This document shows, piece after piece, positions 19,234-27,028 of a DNA stretch of 64,000 bases (within the stretch, counting starts at the first letter, position 1; the number at the start of each line of letters is the position of its first letter). The stretch spans positions 2,123-66,122 of the forward strand of contig JAKITW010000004.1 of NCBI GenBank assembly GCA_021647905.1. Reading direction: 5' to 3'. The DNA is from Desulfobacterales bacterium. GTDB lineage: Bacteria; Desulfobacterota; Desulfobulbia; Desulfobulbales; BM004. The position numbers and the translations under genes are program-made. The notes beneath the pieces were generated by a model. The model was given only the letters and a program-made list of their open reading frames with translations, was not told the DNA's origin and ran no database searches.

Positions 19234-19833
19234 ATGATTGAAACACAAAACCATGAGCGACCGTTGACCGAGGCCCAGGGCCAGACCCTGATCCGGTTGG
19301 CCCGGCAGGCCATCGGCCGGCAGCTTGGCCTGGCGGACCAGGAGGACCCGGGGCTTGCCGATCAACTCGCTGACCCGGCTTTTGCCCGGCAGCGGGCCAC
19401 CTTTGTCACCCTGAAGATCAATGGCCGGCTCCGCGGCTGCATCGGCAGTCTGGCCGCCTATGAGTCGATAGTAAAAAATATCCGCCGCAACGCGGTCAAC
19501 GCCGCCTTCCATGACCACCGCTTCAAGCCCCTGACCGCAACGGAGTTCGAAAAAATCCTGATCTCAATAAGTGTTCTCACCCCAAGCCGTCCCCTGGAGC
19601 ATGGCCCTGGCCGGGATTTGATCCGCAGCCTCCGCCCCGGTGTTGACGGGGTGACCGTCAGCCGGCAAGGGGCCTCGGCCACCTTTCTCCCCCAGGTATG
19701 GGACCAGCTGCCCCGGCCGGAGGATTTCCTCACCCACCTCTGTCTCAAGGCCGGACTGCCGGCCGATGCCTGGCAGCAACCAGACCTTGCGGTTTCAACC
19801 TACCAGGTACAATATTTTAAGGAACAGCCGTAA
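19234..19833 (+). CDS. AMMECR1-domain protein (AmmeMemoRadiSam system protein A-like)
   Basis: FVTLKINGRLRGCIGSL ... AAFHDHRF ... ISVLT are AMMECR1 signatures. Confidence 0.85.
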   Translation: MIETQNHERPLTEAQGQTLIRLARQAIGRQLGLADQEDPGLADQLADPAFARQRATFVTLKINGRLRGCIGSLAAYESIVKNIRRNAVNAAFHDHRFKPLTATEFEKILISISVLTPSRPLEHGPGRDLIRSLRPGVDGVTVSRQGASATFLPQVWDQLPRPEDFLTHLCLKAGLPADAWQQPDLAVSTYQVQYFKEQP

Positions 19834-19834
19834 T

Positions 19835-19931
19835 AACCAGCACGGCTGGACCATATTTTCAGGCCGTGGCTGCAACTAACAATGAAAATCTTCTCGAACA
19901 GCGGGCGTTGCCCGGGACGACGTTCACATAA
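19835..19931 (-). repeat. Dispersed repeat family R1, copy C
   Basis: The reverse complement reads TTATGTGAACGTCG...GATTTTCATTGTTAGTTGCAGCCACGGCCTGAAAATATGGTCCAGCCGTGCTGGTT. It fills the whole gap between the AMMECR1 stop and the ykgJ-like start. Confidence 0.75.
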
Positions 19932-19937
19932 AAAAAC

Positions 19938-20531
19938 ATGTTGATCTTGGATGAACTCCAGCTTCCCCCGGCGCTTCGCCACCATCTCGTCGAACTGTAT
20001 GCTGAAATGGAACAGGCCTACGATGAGGTTGCCGGACAACTGGGCCATACCTGCCGCGACTGCCCGGACAACTGCTGCGACAGCTATTTCCTCCACCATA
20101 CCTATATCGAATGGGCCTATCTCCGGGAGGGGTTGCACAGCCTGCCTGAGGATGAGCAGCAGGCAATAGTTGCCCGGGCCCGGGAGTATGTCCGGCAGAG
20201 CGAACTGATCCTGGCCGCGGGTCAACGGCCGAGCCTGCTCTGCCCCCTAAACGAACAGGGGCTCTGCGTCCTGTATACACACCGGCTGCTGATCTGCCGC
20301 CTGCACGGGGTCCCGGCCACCATCTCCCGGCCGGACGGCCGGACAACAAGATTTCCCGGCTGTTTCCGCTGTCAGGAACTGGTCGGCGACCGGCCGGACC
20401 CGCCGGCCATGGACCGGACCGTTCTGTTCCAGCGGATGGTTGAACTGGAGATGACTTTTTTACAGGGCCGCCGGCAAATGCCCCGGGTCAGGATGACCCT
20501 GGCCCGGATGCTTATCCAGGGGCCGGCGTGA
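19938..20531 (+). CDS. YkgJ-family (UPF0153) cysteine-cluster protein
   Basis: CRDCPDNCC ... CPLNEQGLCVLYTHRLLICRLHG. Confidence 0.7.
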   Translation: MLILDELQLPPALRHHLVELYAEMEQAYDEVAGQLGHTCRDCPDNCCDSYFLHHTYIEWAYLREGLHSLPEDEQQAIVARAREYVRQSELILAAGQRPSLLCPLNEQGLCVLYTHRLLICRLHGVPATISRPDGRTTRFPGCFRCQELVGDRPDPPAMDRTVLFQRMVELEMTFLQGRRQMPRVRMTLARMLIQGPA

Positions 20532-20561
20532 GCAGAGGACAGAAGACAGAGGACGGAAGGC

Positions 20562-20828
20562 ATGGCCAGACAGGATAACCAACGGCTGCAGCAGGCGATT
20601 CTACAGGTGGTGCGGCAACAGATAGAACAAGAAGATCCACCCGAGACCAAACAGACCCTGGAGCGGCTGCTGTCAGAAGGCTTTTCCCAGGGCGAGGCCC
20701 TGAATCTGATCGGCTACGTGGTAACCGCCGAGGTGATGGGAGTGATGGAAGAGGGCCGCCGCTTTGACCGGGACCGGTTCGTGGCCGCGCTTTTTGCCCT
20801 GCCCAAGCTGCCCTGGGAACAGGAATAG
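20562..20828 (+). CDS. Small hypothetical protein, DUF1841-like
   Basis: 88 aa. DPPETKQTLERLLSEGFSQGEALNLIGYVV resembles DUF1841; this is recall-based. Confidence 0.45.
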   Translation: MARQDNQRLQQAILQVVRQQIEQEDPPETKQTLERLLSEGFSQGEALNLIGYVVTAEVMGVMEEGRRFDRDRFVAALFALPKLPWEQE

Positions 20829-20834
20829 TGAACA

Positions 20835-20870
20835 GTGAATAGTAAAATGTGAATAGTAAAATGTGAAATG
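20835..20870 (+). repeat. Tandem repeat GTGAATAGTAAAAT x2.5
   Basis: Units lie at 20835-48 and 20849-62, with a partial unit at 20863-70. An inverted copy, CACTATTCACATTT, lies at 20905-20918. Confidence 0.9.
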
Positions 20871-20918
20871 TTTTAAGATAACAGGGTGGGATGTTTGTTT
20901 TTTTCACTATTCACATTT

Positions 20919-21018
20919 GTCGGTCTCGCAACAACCCGCTCGACGGACGTGTGTCATGTTGTAACTTGTTGAGTTCATTCTGTGGCATTTGAAGCATTTC
21001 GGGTTGTTACGGGTTCAT
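20919..21018 (+). mobile_element. 100-nt MITE (family M2), copy a
   Basis: GTCGGTCTCGCAACAACCCG...CGGGTTGTTACGGGTTCAT, flanked by TCACATTT on both sides. Confidence 0.75.
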
Positions 21019-21033
21019 CACATTTCACTGCCC

Positions 21034-21603
21034 CTAAAACACTCCGTGCCGGCGGAGGATGTTGATCCCGATGGCCAGGAGTACCAGGCCGCCGCCGATC
21101 TCGGCCCGGGAACCGATCCGGGAATTGCGGCCCACCAGGCATCCCAGCCGGAGTCCCGCCGCGGTCAACAGCATGGCCACCAGGCCGATCAGCGCGGCGG
21201 GCAGCCAGATCGATACCTTGAGCAGGGCAAAGCTCAGGCCCACTACCAGGGAATCGATACTGGTGGCCACCGACAGCATCACCAGGGTAACGCCCCGGGT
21301 GGGGTCCACCTTGTCTGCCTGGTCCCCAGGCCCCTTTATTCCGTCGAGCACCATTTTTACAGCCACCAGGGCCAGGAGAACAAAGGCCACCCAGTGGTCA
21401 ATGCCCTTGATCAGACCCCGGACAGAGAGACCGCCACCCCAGCCAACGATGTTCATCCCGGCCTGGAACAGCCCGAAGTGAAAGGCCAGCCTGAAGAGTT
21501 GCCGGCCGGTTACCCGGCAGAGGGAAACCCCGGCGGCCACGGCCACGGCAAAGGCGTCAACCGCCAGGGCCAGGGCGATCAACAGAATGGTGGGCAGGTC
21601 CAT
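21034..21603 (-). CDS. mntP: Manganese efflux pump MntP
   Basis: MDLPTILLIALALAVDAFAVAVAAG and a second DUF204 repeat (SVATSIDSLVVG). I chose the ATG at 21603. Confidence 0.85.
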   Translation of the reverse strand: MDLPTILLIALALAVDAFAVAVAAGVSLCRVTGRQLFRLAFHFGLFQAGMNIVGWGGGLSVRGLIKGIDHWVAFVLLALVAVKMVLDGIKGPGDQADKVDPTRGVTLVMLSVATSIDSLVVGLSFALLKVSIWLPAALIGLVAMLLTAAGLRLGCLVGRNSRIGSRAEIGGGLVLLAIGINILRRHGVF

Positions 21604-21673
21604 GGCCACCCTTATAATCGACCCGCTGTCAGGTGACAACCATTTCCCGGCAGCTCTTCCCGGTTCGGGCATT

Positions 21674-21708
21674 AAAAAAGCCCCGCCCGGCAAATCCGGA
21701 CGGGGCTC
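21674..21708 (-). terminator. Rho-independent terminator after the Spy/ZraP-like gene
   Basis: On the minus strand it reads GCCCCGTCCGG-ATTT-GCCGGGCGGGGC followed by T6. Confidence 0.7.
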
Positions 21709-21747
21709 TTCAAGGGAGGAGAAAAAAACAAGGGGAGGGGGTCTCGA

Positions 21748-22152
21748 TTAATTCCTCATCCCACCACAACCGGGGCCGGAACCAGGCCCACGGGAACCGG
21801 GACCGCTGCAGTCACAGCCGTTCCGCGTCAGCCCGGCCTCTTCGGCCTTTCCGCGCATGGTGTTTCTCAGTTCGAAAAGTTCGCCGGTCAGCCTGCCCAC
21901 CGCCTTTGCATCCGGGTCCTGCCGGTGCATCTGGGCGTTCAGTTCAGCACTCTTGACCACGATCTGCTTGCGCAGCTCCACGGTATCCTCAAAGAATTTC
22001 TGCTGTGCCGCCGCGGTCTTCTCGTCAATCCGGGTCTCGTTGTTGCTGCACTGTCCCTGACCATAACCGCGGGCATCAACACTCTGCGCCGCCGCAAATC
22101 CCAGGGTAACCATTATTGCCACCGTCACGATCCATTTAGCCTGCTTCTTCAT
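21748..22152 (-). CDS. Periplasmic Spy/CpxP/ZraP-family protein with a Gly/Pro/Cys-rich tail
   Basis: It has a signal peptide (MKKQAKWIVTVAIMVTLGFAAAQS), a helical LTXXQ-like body, and the C-terminal tail CDCSGPGSRGPGSGPGCGG. Confidence 0.55.
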   Translation of the reverse strand: MKKQAKWIVTVAIMVTLGFAAAQSVDARGYGQGQCSNNETRIDEKTAAAQQKFFEDTVELRKQIVVKSAELNAQMHRQDPDAKAVGRLTGELFELRNTMRGKAEEAGLTRNGCDCSGPGSRGPGSGPGCGGMRN

Positions 22153-22293
22153 AAGTCACCTCTTTTAAGCAATATGTTCATCCTCAATACGGGCCCACCT
22201 CTTTAATACCCATCGACCAGATATGTTGCCTTGTCTAATTCATACATCCTTCACGAACCGTGCCATCTCATTTTTTTGTTGCCAACCCATCGT

Positions 22294-22393
22294 GATAAAC
22301 TCGTAACAATCCGAAAGGATTCAAATGCCACCTAATAAAATCAACAAGTTACAAGACGAATCCCGTCCGTCGAGCGGTTGTTGCGAGAGCGAC
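22294..22393 (-). mobile_element. 100-nt MITE (family M2), copy b (most diverged)
   Basis: The reverse complement reads GTCGCTCTCGCAACAACCGCTCGACGGACGGGATTCGTCTTGTAACTTGTTG... Only a 5-bp ACGAT flank repeat remains. Confidence 0.7.
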
Positions 22394-22559
22394 AATCGTT
22401 ATTAAAGAAAATATTATCTAACCACCCTGGCAGGAGAAAGGGAGATGACCGGGATAATGTTCCCTTTTTACCCGAACCGCGAGCGGTTCCTGGGTATTTT
22501 TTATGCATCTTCGCTGCTGAAGGAACCGGGCCGCGCTTGGTTTTTCCGCTGAATAGAGG

Positions 22560-22645
22560 TAAAATGTCTGTTTTGGGCCGCAGCCACAACCAACAATAAA
22601 AATCTCTCCGGACAGCGGGCTTCGTCCGGCATGACTTTCATATAA
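22560..22645 (-). repeat. Dispersed repeat family R1, copy D (3' block degenerate/truncated)
   Basis: The reverse complement reads TTATATGAAAGTCATGCCGGACGAAGCCCGCTGTCCGGAGAGATTTTTATTGTTGGTTGTGGCTGCGGCC. It ends 15 nt before the kdsD ATG. Confidence 0.65.
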
Positions 22646-22660
22646 ACAACAGGAAAATTG

Positions 22661-23632
22661 ATGTCCATAGCAAAAGCAAAAGAGGTGGTCAGGATCGAGG
22701 CCCAGGGCCTGCTTGCCCTGGCGGAACAGATCGGCCCTGAGTTCGACCGGGCCATCGAGGTTATCCTGGCCTGCCCGAGCCGGGTGATCCTTACCGGGAT
22801 CGGCAAATCAGGGATCATTGCCCAGAAAATCGCCGCCACCCTGAACAGCACCGGCACTGCCTCCTTTTTTCTCCATCCGGTTGAGGCCATGCACGGCGAT
22901 CTGGGGATCGTTGATTCCCGCGACGTGGTGGTGGCAATCTCCTACAGCGGTGAGACCGCGGAACTGAACCTGCTGCTCACCAGCCTGCGGCGGCGGCAGA
23001 TAACGATCATCGCCATGACCGGCAATCCCGACTCCACCATGGCCCGGTTCGCCGAGGTGAACCTGAACGTTGCCGTGCCCCGGGAGGCCTGCCCCCTGGG
23101 ACTTGCCCCCACTGCCAGCACCACCGCGGCCCTGGCCCTGGGCGATGCCCTGGCCGTTGTTCTCCTGGGAAAAAAACGGTTCAAGGCCAGCGATTTCCGG
23201 CGCAACCACCCCGGCGGCAGCCTGGGCGAGCGGCTCAAGGTCAGCGTCTCCGAGGTGATGTTCACCGGTGACCAGATCCCGGTGGTCCAGCACCATACCC
23301 CCCTGACCGAGGCGGTTGCGGTATTGAACGACAAGAACCTGGGCGCGGTCCTGGTGGTGGACCAGGACCGGCGGGTGGCGGGAATTCTCACTGACGGCGA
23401 TATCCGCCGGCTGGTGGCCAAATCCATTGACCTGACCAACCGGGTGGCGGCCGACGACATGACCCCCGGGCCCAAGACCATCGATGCCACCCTGCTGGCC
23501 GCCGATGCCCTGAGCATTATGCAGCGCCACGAAATCACCACCCTGCCGGTCACCGACCCGGACGGTTTCCTCAAGGGCATCCTGCACCTGCACGATCTTC
23601 TCGGCAAGGGTGAATTCCGGTTTCTGGTGTGA
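22661..23632 (+). CDS. kdsD: Arabinose-5-phosphate isomerase (KpsF/GutQ/KdsD family: SIS plus two CBS domains)
   Basis: VILTGIGKSGIIAQKIAATLNSTGT (SIS domain) and a C-terminal CBS pair. ATG at 22661; the listed ORF starts at the TTG one codon earlier. Confidence 0.9.
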   Translation: MSIAKAKEVVRIEAQGLLALAEQIGPEFDRAIEVILACPSRVILTGIGKSGIIAQKIAATLNSTGTASFFLHPVEAMHGDLGIVDSRDVVVAISYSGETAELNLLLTSLRRRQITIIAMTGNPDSTMARFAEVNLNVAVPREACPLGLAPTASTTAALALGDALAVVLLGKKRFKASDFRRNHPGGSLGERLKVSVSEVMFTGDQIPVVQHHTPLTEAVAVLNDKNLGAVLVVDQDRRVAGILTDGDIRRLVAKSIDLTNRVAADDMTPGPKTIDATLLAADALSIMQRHEITTLPVTDPDGFLKGILHLHDLLGKGEFRFLV

Positions 23633-23637
23633 TATAA

Positions 23638-23675
23638 GAACCGTTCGAACCGTTCGAATGGTTAAGCGTTTGAAC
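23638..23675 (+). repeat. Short tandem/palindromic repeats built on AAC-S-GTT (GAACCGTTC x2, GAATGGTT, AAGCGTTTGAAC)
   Basis: Read directly. The site is 26-63 nt upstream of the cooT ATG and shares the 11-mer AGCGTTTGAAC (reverse complement) with 42412-42422. Confidence 0.8.
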
Positions 23676-23700
23676 TGATTAAAATACGCGAGGTGAAAAT

Positions 23701-23907
23701 ATGTGTCAGATGCGGGTTGTGCTTGAGCATGACGCCCAAGAGGAACTGATCATGGAGAACGTCTCCCTCCTGGAAAGAACCGGGGCGGGAATCCGGGTCA
23801 CGGCCCTGTTCGAGGAGCCAAGGGAGGTATTGGCGGCAATTATCCATAAAATAGATTTCAACAGCAACACCGTGACCCTGGTGCGGGACAGCGAGCAAGG
23901 AGGGTAA
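23701..23907 (+). CDS. cooT: CooT-family nickel-binding protein
   Basis: 68 aa with an N-terminal Met-Cys (MCQMRVVL...), the size and beta-rich pattern of CooT, and IDFNSNTVTLV near the C-terminus. Confidence 0.7.
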   Translation: MCQMRVVLEHDAQEELIMENVSLLERTGAGIRVTALFEEPREVLAAIIHKIDFNSNTVTLVRDSEQGG

Positions 23908-23911
23908 TCCA

Positions 23912-24151
23912 ATGACCGACCTGGAAAAACTGCGGGTCCTGCTGCCGCACTGGATCGAACATAACCGCAGCCATGGTGCGGAGTTCTCCAAGTGGGCGGC
24001 CCTTGCCCGCCAAGCGGATGACCCGGAAACCGCGGCCTTAATCGAGCAGGCCGCGGGCCGCCTTGAGGAAGCCGAGGCGCTCCTGGAGCAGGCCCTGGAA
24101 CGGCTGGGCGGACCCACCGGGGAACCGCATCACCACCATCATCACGAATAA
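23912..24151 (+). CDS. Small helical protein ending in a natural His6 tail (candidate Ni/metal-binding partner of CooT)
   Basis: 79 aa ending ...GEPHHHHHHE. AAGGAGGG lies 6 nt upstream of the ATG, and there is a 4-nt gap after the cooT stop. Confidence 0.6.
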   Translation: MTDLEKLRVLLPHWIEHNRSHGAEFSKWAALARQADDPETAALIEQAAGRLEEAEALLEQALERLGGPTGEPHHHHHHE

Positions 24152-24184
24152 AAAATACCACGCCTTGCGGGCGTGGTATTTTTC
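24150..24184. terminator. Bidirectional rho-independent terminator
   Basis: A6-ATACCACGCC-TTGCG-GGCGTGGTAT-T5, between convergent genes. Confidence 0.85.
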
Positions 24185-24233
24185 TTTACCCATTGTCACG
24201 CAGCCTGGCACCGTAGAAGCCGCCGAAATCCGC

Positions 24234-24743
24234 TCACTCGTCCGTGCGCTCAAAGGGCCGGAGTTGGCCCGGCAGGACCGCCCCGCCGATCTGGATGATT
24301 CCCTCTACCGTAAGCAGCCAGAAGGAGGCGGGCTCGGCCTTGATCCGTTCATCCAGGAGCGGAGAGACCCAGTGGGAATCGTCCTCCAGGTTGTAGAACA
24401 CTGAATCGATCCCGAAAAAACCGTCCAGCAGGTGGGCAATGGTGTGAAAGACCTTGCTGCCGCTGCCCTGGTCCATCTCCCGGATGGCGGCCAGACTCTC
24501 TATCCCTTCCCGGTTAAGCTCCTCCAAGAGTTCACCGACCACCCGCCGGTTGGCGGCAACACCCTGCTCCAGCCGCTGCCAGAACCCGGGCGCGTCACCG
24601 CGCAGCGCCGCCGGGGCCGCGATCCGCACACTGTCGTAGCGGACCAGTTCGGTGCGGCTGAAAAAACGGCGCACCTTGGCCTCACAGGTTGAAAAGTCAG
24701 CGCCGGCAACAAGAATCTCGTGGGAATACACCTGGGGTTCCAT
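24234..24743 (-). CDS. Hypothetical protein
   Basis: 169 aa from the ATG at 24743 (MEPQVYSHEIL). Codon usage is coding-like, no family was recognised, and it is the last gene of the secDF...HAD co-directional string. Confidence 0.5.
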   Translation of the reverse strand: MEPQVYSHEILVAGADFSTCEAKVRRFFSRTELVRYDSVRIAAPAALRGDAPGFWQRLEQGVAANRRVVGELLEELNREGIESLAAIREMDQGSGSKVFHTIAHLLDGFFGIDSVFYNLEDDSHWVSPLLDERIKAEPASFWLLTVEGIIQIGGAVLPGQLRPFERTDE

Positions 24744-24786
24744 GGTCGCATCCTGTGCTTTCCGGGCAAAAACCCGTAGCGTAAAT

Positions 24787-25419
24787 CTACCTGTTCCGGA
24801 AAAAGGGCAGCTCAACGATCTCCATGAACCGGTTCACATGGTATCGGGCCGGCAAGGCCGGGTTCTTAAAGGCGATCAGCTCCATTCCCACCCCGGCGCA
24901 ATGTTCCCGGTCCACCATTGAGTCGCCGATAAACACCGCCTGGTCAACATTTACCCCGAAATGGTCAAGGATCACCTCCAGGGCCTCGCCATGGGGCTTG
25001 GGCCGGGTCACGTCCAGGGCGGTGACCACCTTGTCAAAATAGGGTTCAAGTCCGAACATCGCCATCAACGCCGGCATGGTGTTGGTCCGGTTGGTGCTGA
25101 TCGCGGTATGGATACCCGGCTTCAGCCAGCAGAGAAACTCCACCAGGTCCGGTTCCATGACCATATGCTTGAGAAACGGGGTATAGTCCAGTTCCCGGCG
25201 CAATTGATGCACCGCCTCGATCTCCGCGGCCGGATAGTGGCGGAAGATATGGGCCACCGAGTCCATCACATTATGGCTGTGGACATAGTCGAGTTCCCCG
25301 GCATCCATGGGAGGATGACCGAACCGGGTCAGCAGCTGGTTATAATATTCACGGTTGGAATCACGGGAATCGAACATCACCCCGTCGCAGTCAAAGACCA
25401 CCAGTTTGAGTCGGCTCAT
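24787..25419 (-). CDS. HAD-superfamily hydrolase (phosphoglycolate phosphatase-like)
   Basis: LVVFDCDGVMFDS (motif I), ISTNR (motif II) and FIGDSMVD (motif IV). Confidence 0.8.
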   Translation of the reverse strand: MSRLKLVVFDCDGVMFDSRDSNREYYNQLLTRFGHPPMDAGELDYVHSHNVMDSVAHIFRHYPAAEIEAVHQLRRELDYTPFLKHMVMEPDLVEFLCWLKPGIHTAISTNRTNTMPALMAMFGLEPYFDKVVTALDVTRPKPHGEALEVILDHFGVNVDQAVFIGDSMVDREHCAGVGMELIAFKNPALPARYHVNRFMEIVELPFFRNR

Positions 25420-25421
25420 GG

Positions 25422-26249
25422 CTAAAGGAGATTCCTGCGGATAAAATCAATACCGTTGCGGAACAGGGCCACCCCCTGCCCCTCTTCGGGCAGCTCCTCC
25501 CGGGTCCAGCGCGGATGGTTGGTCCGGTGGAGAAAGGCCTCCGGATGGGGCATCAGGCCGAACAGCCGGCCGCTGGGGTCGCAGAGCCCGGCAATGGCGT
25601 TGATCGAGCCGTTGGGGTTCAGGGGATATACCGAGGTCGCCTCCCTGGTCTCGGGATCGCAGTAACGCATCGCCACCAGGTGTTCCGCCCGGATCCGGGC
25701 CAGGGTGGCCTCGCTGTCAGTGACGAACTTGCCCTCCCCGTGCCGGACCGGATAGTAGAGATAATCCAGCCCCCGGGTAAACACGCAGGGCGACTCCGGG
25801 TCCACCGCCAGGGTCACCCAACGGTCCTCGAACCGGCTGGAATCGTTGTAGATCAGGCTCACCACCCGGTTCTCGTGGTTGTTGTCAAAACCGGGCAGCA
25901 GCCCCATCTTGGCCATCAACTGAAAGCCGTTGCACACCCCCAGGACCAGCTTGCCGGCATTGATAAATCGCTGCAGATGCGCAAACAGGCGCTCATTGCC
26001 GCCGGCCAGGGTGGCGTAGCGGATCCGGTGCGCCCCGGCCTGGCCGGCCCCGAGATCGTCGCCGTCAAGAAAACCGCCGGGCAGGTTGAGAAAATGATAA
26101 TCGTCCAACCGGTATTCACCATGGAGGAGTTCGCTCATGTGAACGATATCGACCCGGTCGGCGCCGCCCAGCCTGCAGGCATGGGCCATCTCCATCTCAC
26201 AGTTGGTGCCGTAGCCGGTGAGCACCATGGCATGAACCGTTTTCGCCAT
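25422..26249 (-). CDS. purQ: Phosphoribosylformylglycinamidine synthase, glutamine amidotransferase subunit (PurQ-like, long form)
   Basis: A class I GATase with GVCNGFQLM and a ...HPE... triad, plus the N-terminal VLTGYGTNCE. Confidence 0.8.
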   Translation of the reverse strand: MAKTVHAMVLTGYGTNCEMEMAHACRLGGADRVDIVHMSELLHGEYRLDDYHFLNLPGGFLDGDDLGAGQAGAHRIRYATLAGGNERLFAHLQRFINAGKLVLGVCNGFQLMAKMGLLPGFDNNHENRVVSLIYNDSSRFEDRWVTLAVDPESPCVFTRGLDYLYYPVRHGEGKFVTDSEATLARIRAEHLVAMRYCDPETREATSVYPLNPNGSINAIAGLCDPSGRLFGLMPHPEAFLHRTNHPRWTREELPEEGQGVALFRNGIDFIRRNLL

Positions 26250-26311
26250 ATCCCTGTCCCCTCACAATAACCTGATAAATTATAAACTCAACACCCGGAC
26301 CCGGGCCGCTC

Positions 26312-27028
26312 TTATTCGGTGGCAATATGACCGCGGCCGTTGATCTCCTTTTCCAGCCGCTCGAAAAAAACCTCCATAAAGGCATGCCGCTCCCGGGCCA
26401 GCCGCTGTCCCTCCGGGGTGAGCAGCCGGTCCTTGATCTTGGACAGCTTGAACCTGAACTCCCGGTAGGCGGTATCCTCGGTGGAATAGGAACGGCTGGT
26501 AAGGATATCCACCTCGCCGTTATGGAGCTTGGCCCCCACCTGACCGGCAAACAGAAAGGCCCGGCCGATGCCGATCGCGCCGATGGAGTCCAGCTTGTCC
26601 GCGTCAAAGAGGATCTTGGCCTCAAGACTCTCAGGGGCCTTGTCGTTCCGGTAGCGATGGGTTTCAATGCAGTGGGTAATGGCCTTGATCCGCTCCGGGC
26701 TAAAGTTGAGATCAGCCAGGATCTTGCGGGCCAGTTCCGCGCCCTTTTCCGCATGGCAGATCCCCCCCTTTTCAGCCATTTCGTAGCGCCTGCCAATATC
26801 ATGGAGCAGGGCGGCGCCACTCAACACCTCCAGGTCAGCCCCCATCAGCCGGCCGATATGCAGGGCGGTCCAGTGTACCCGTTCGGCATGGTCCGGACCG
26901 TGGCAGCCACCCTCGCCGTCGCGGTACTCGGCAGCGACCCGCCGTAAGGTCCTGGTCGTTTCTTCTCCCAAGGGGATGGTTTCCTTTACATCGGTACTAT
27001 CCACAGCTCCTATCCTTAACGGAATCAT
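26312..27028 (-). CDS. HD-domain metal-dependent phosphohydrolase
   Basis: HAERVHWTALHIG ... LLHDIGR ... HCIETH. Its start overlaps the ykgJ-like stop (ATGA). Confidence 0.8.
   Translation of the reverse strand: MIPLRIGAVDSTDVKETIPLGEETTRTLRRVAAEYRDGEGGCHGPDHAERVHWTALHIGRLMGADLEVLSGAALLHDIGRRYEMAEKGGICHAEKGAELARKILADLNFSPERIKAITHCIETHRYRNDKAPESLEAKILFDADKLDSIGAIGIGRAFLFAGQVGAKLHNGEVDILTSRSYSTEDTAYREFRFKLSKIKDRLLTPEGQRLARERHAFMEVFFERLEKEINGRGHIATE

Noticed and set aside
20835-20870. Tandem repeats as a possible CRISPR array
   Set aside because: The units are only 14 nt and directly abut each other with no spacers, and there are only 2.5 copies. This is a simple tandem repeat.
21604-21747. 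Possible yybP-ykoY manganese riboswitch upstream of mntP
   Set aside because: Most of the gap is occupied by the terminator of the upstream gene. The remaining 70 nt or so lack the conserved GGGGAGUAG and other riboswitch core elements that I can recall.
22153-22293. Sigma54 promoter upstream of the ZraP-like gene (TGGCACGGTTCGTGA on the minus strand)
   Set aside because: The -24 TGGCAC is present, but the -12 element is GTGA rather than TTGC and the GC dinucleotide is missing. A second candidate has the wrong GG-to-GC spacing of 11 nt instead of 10.
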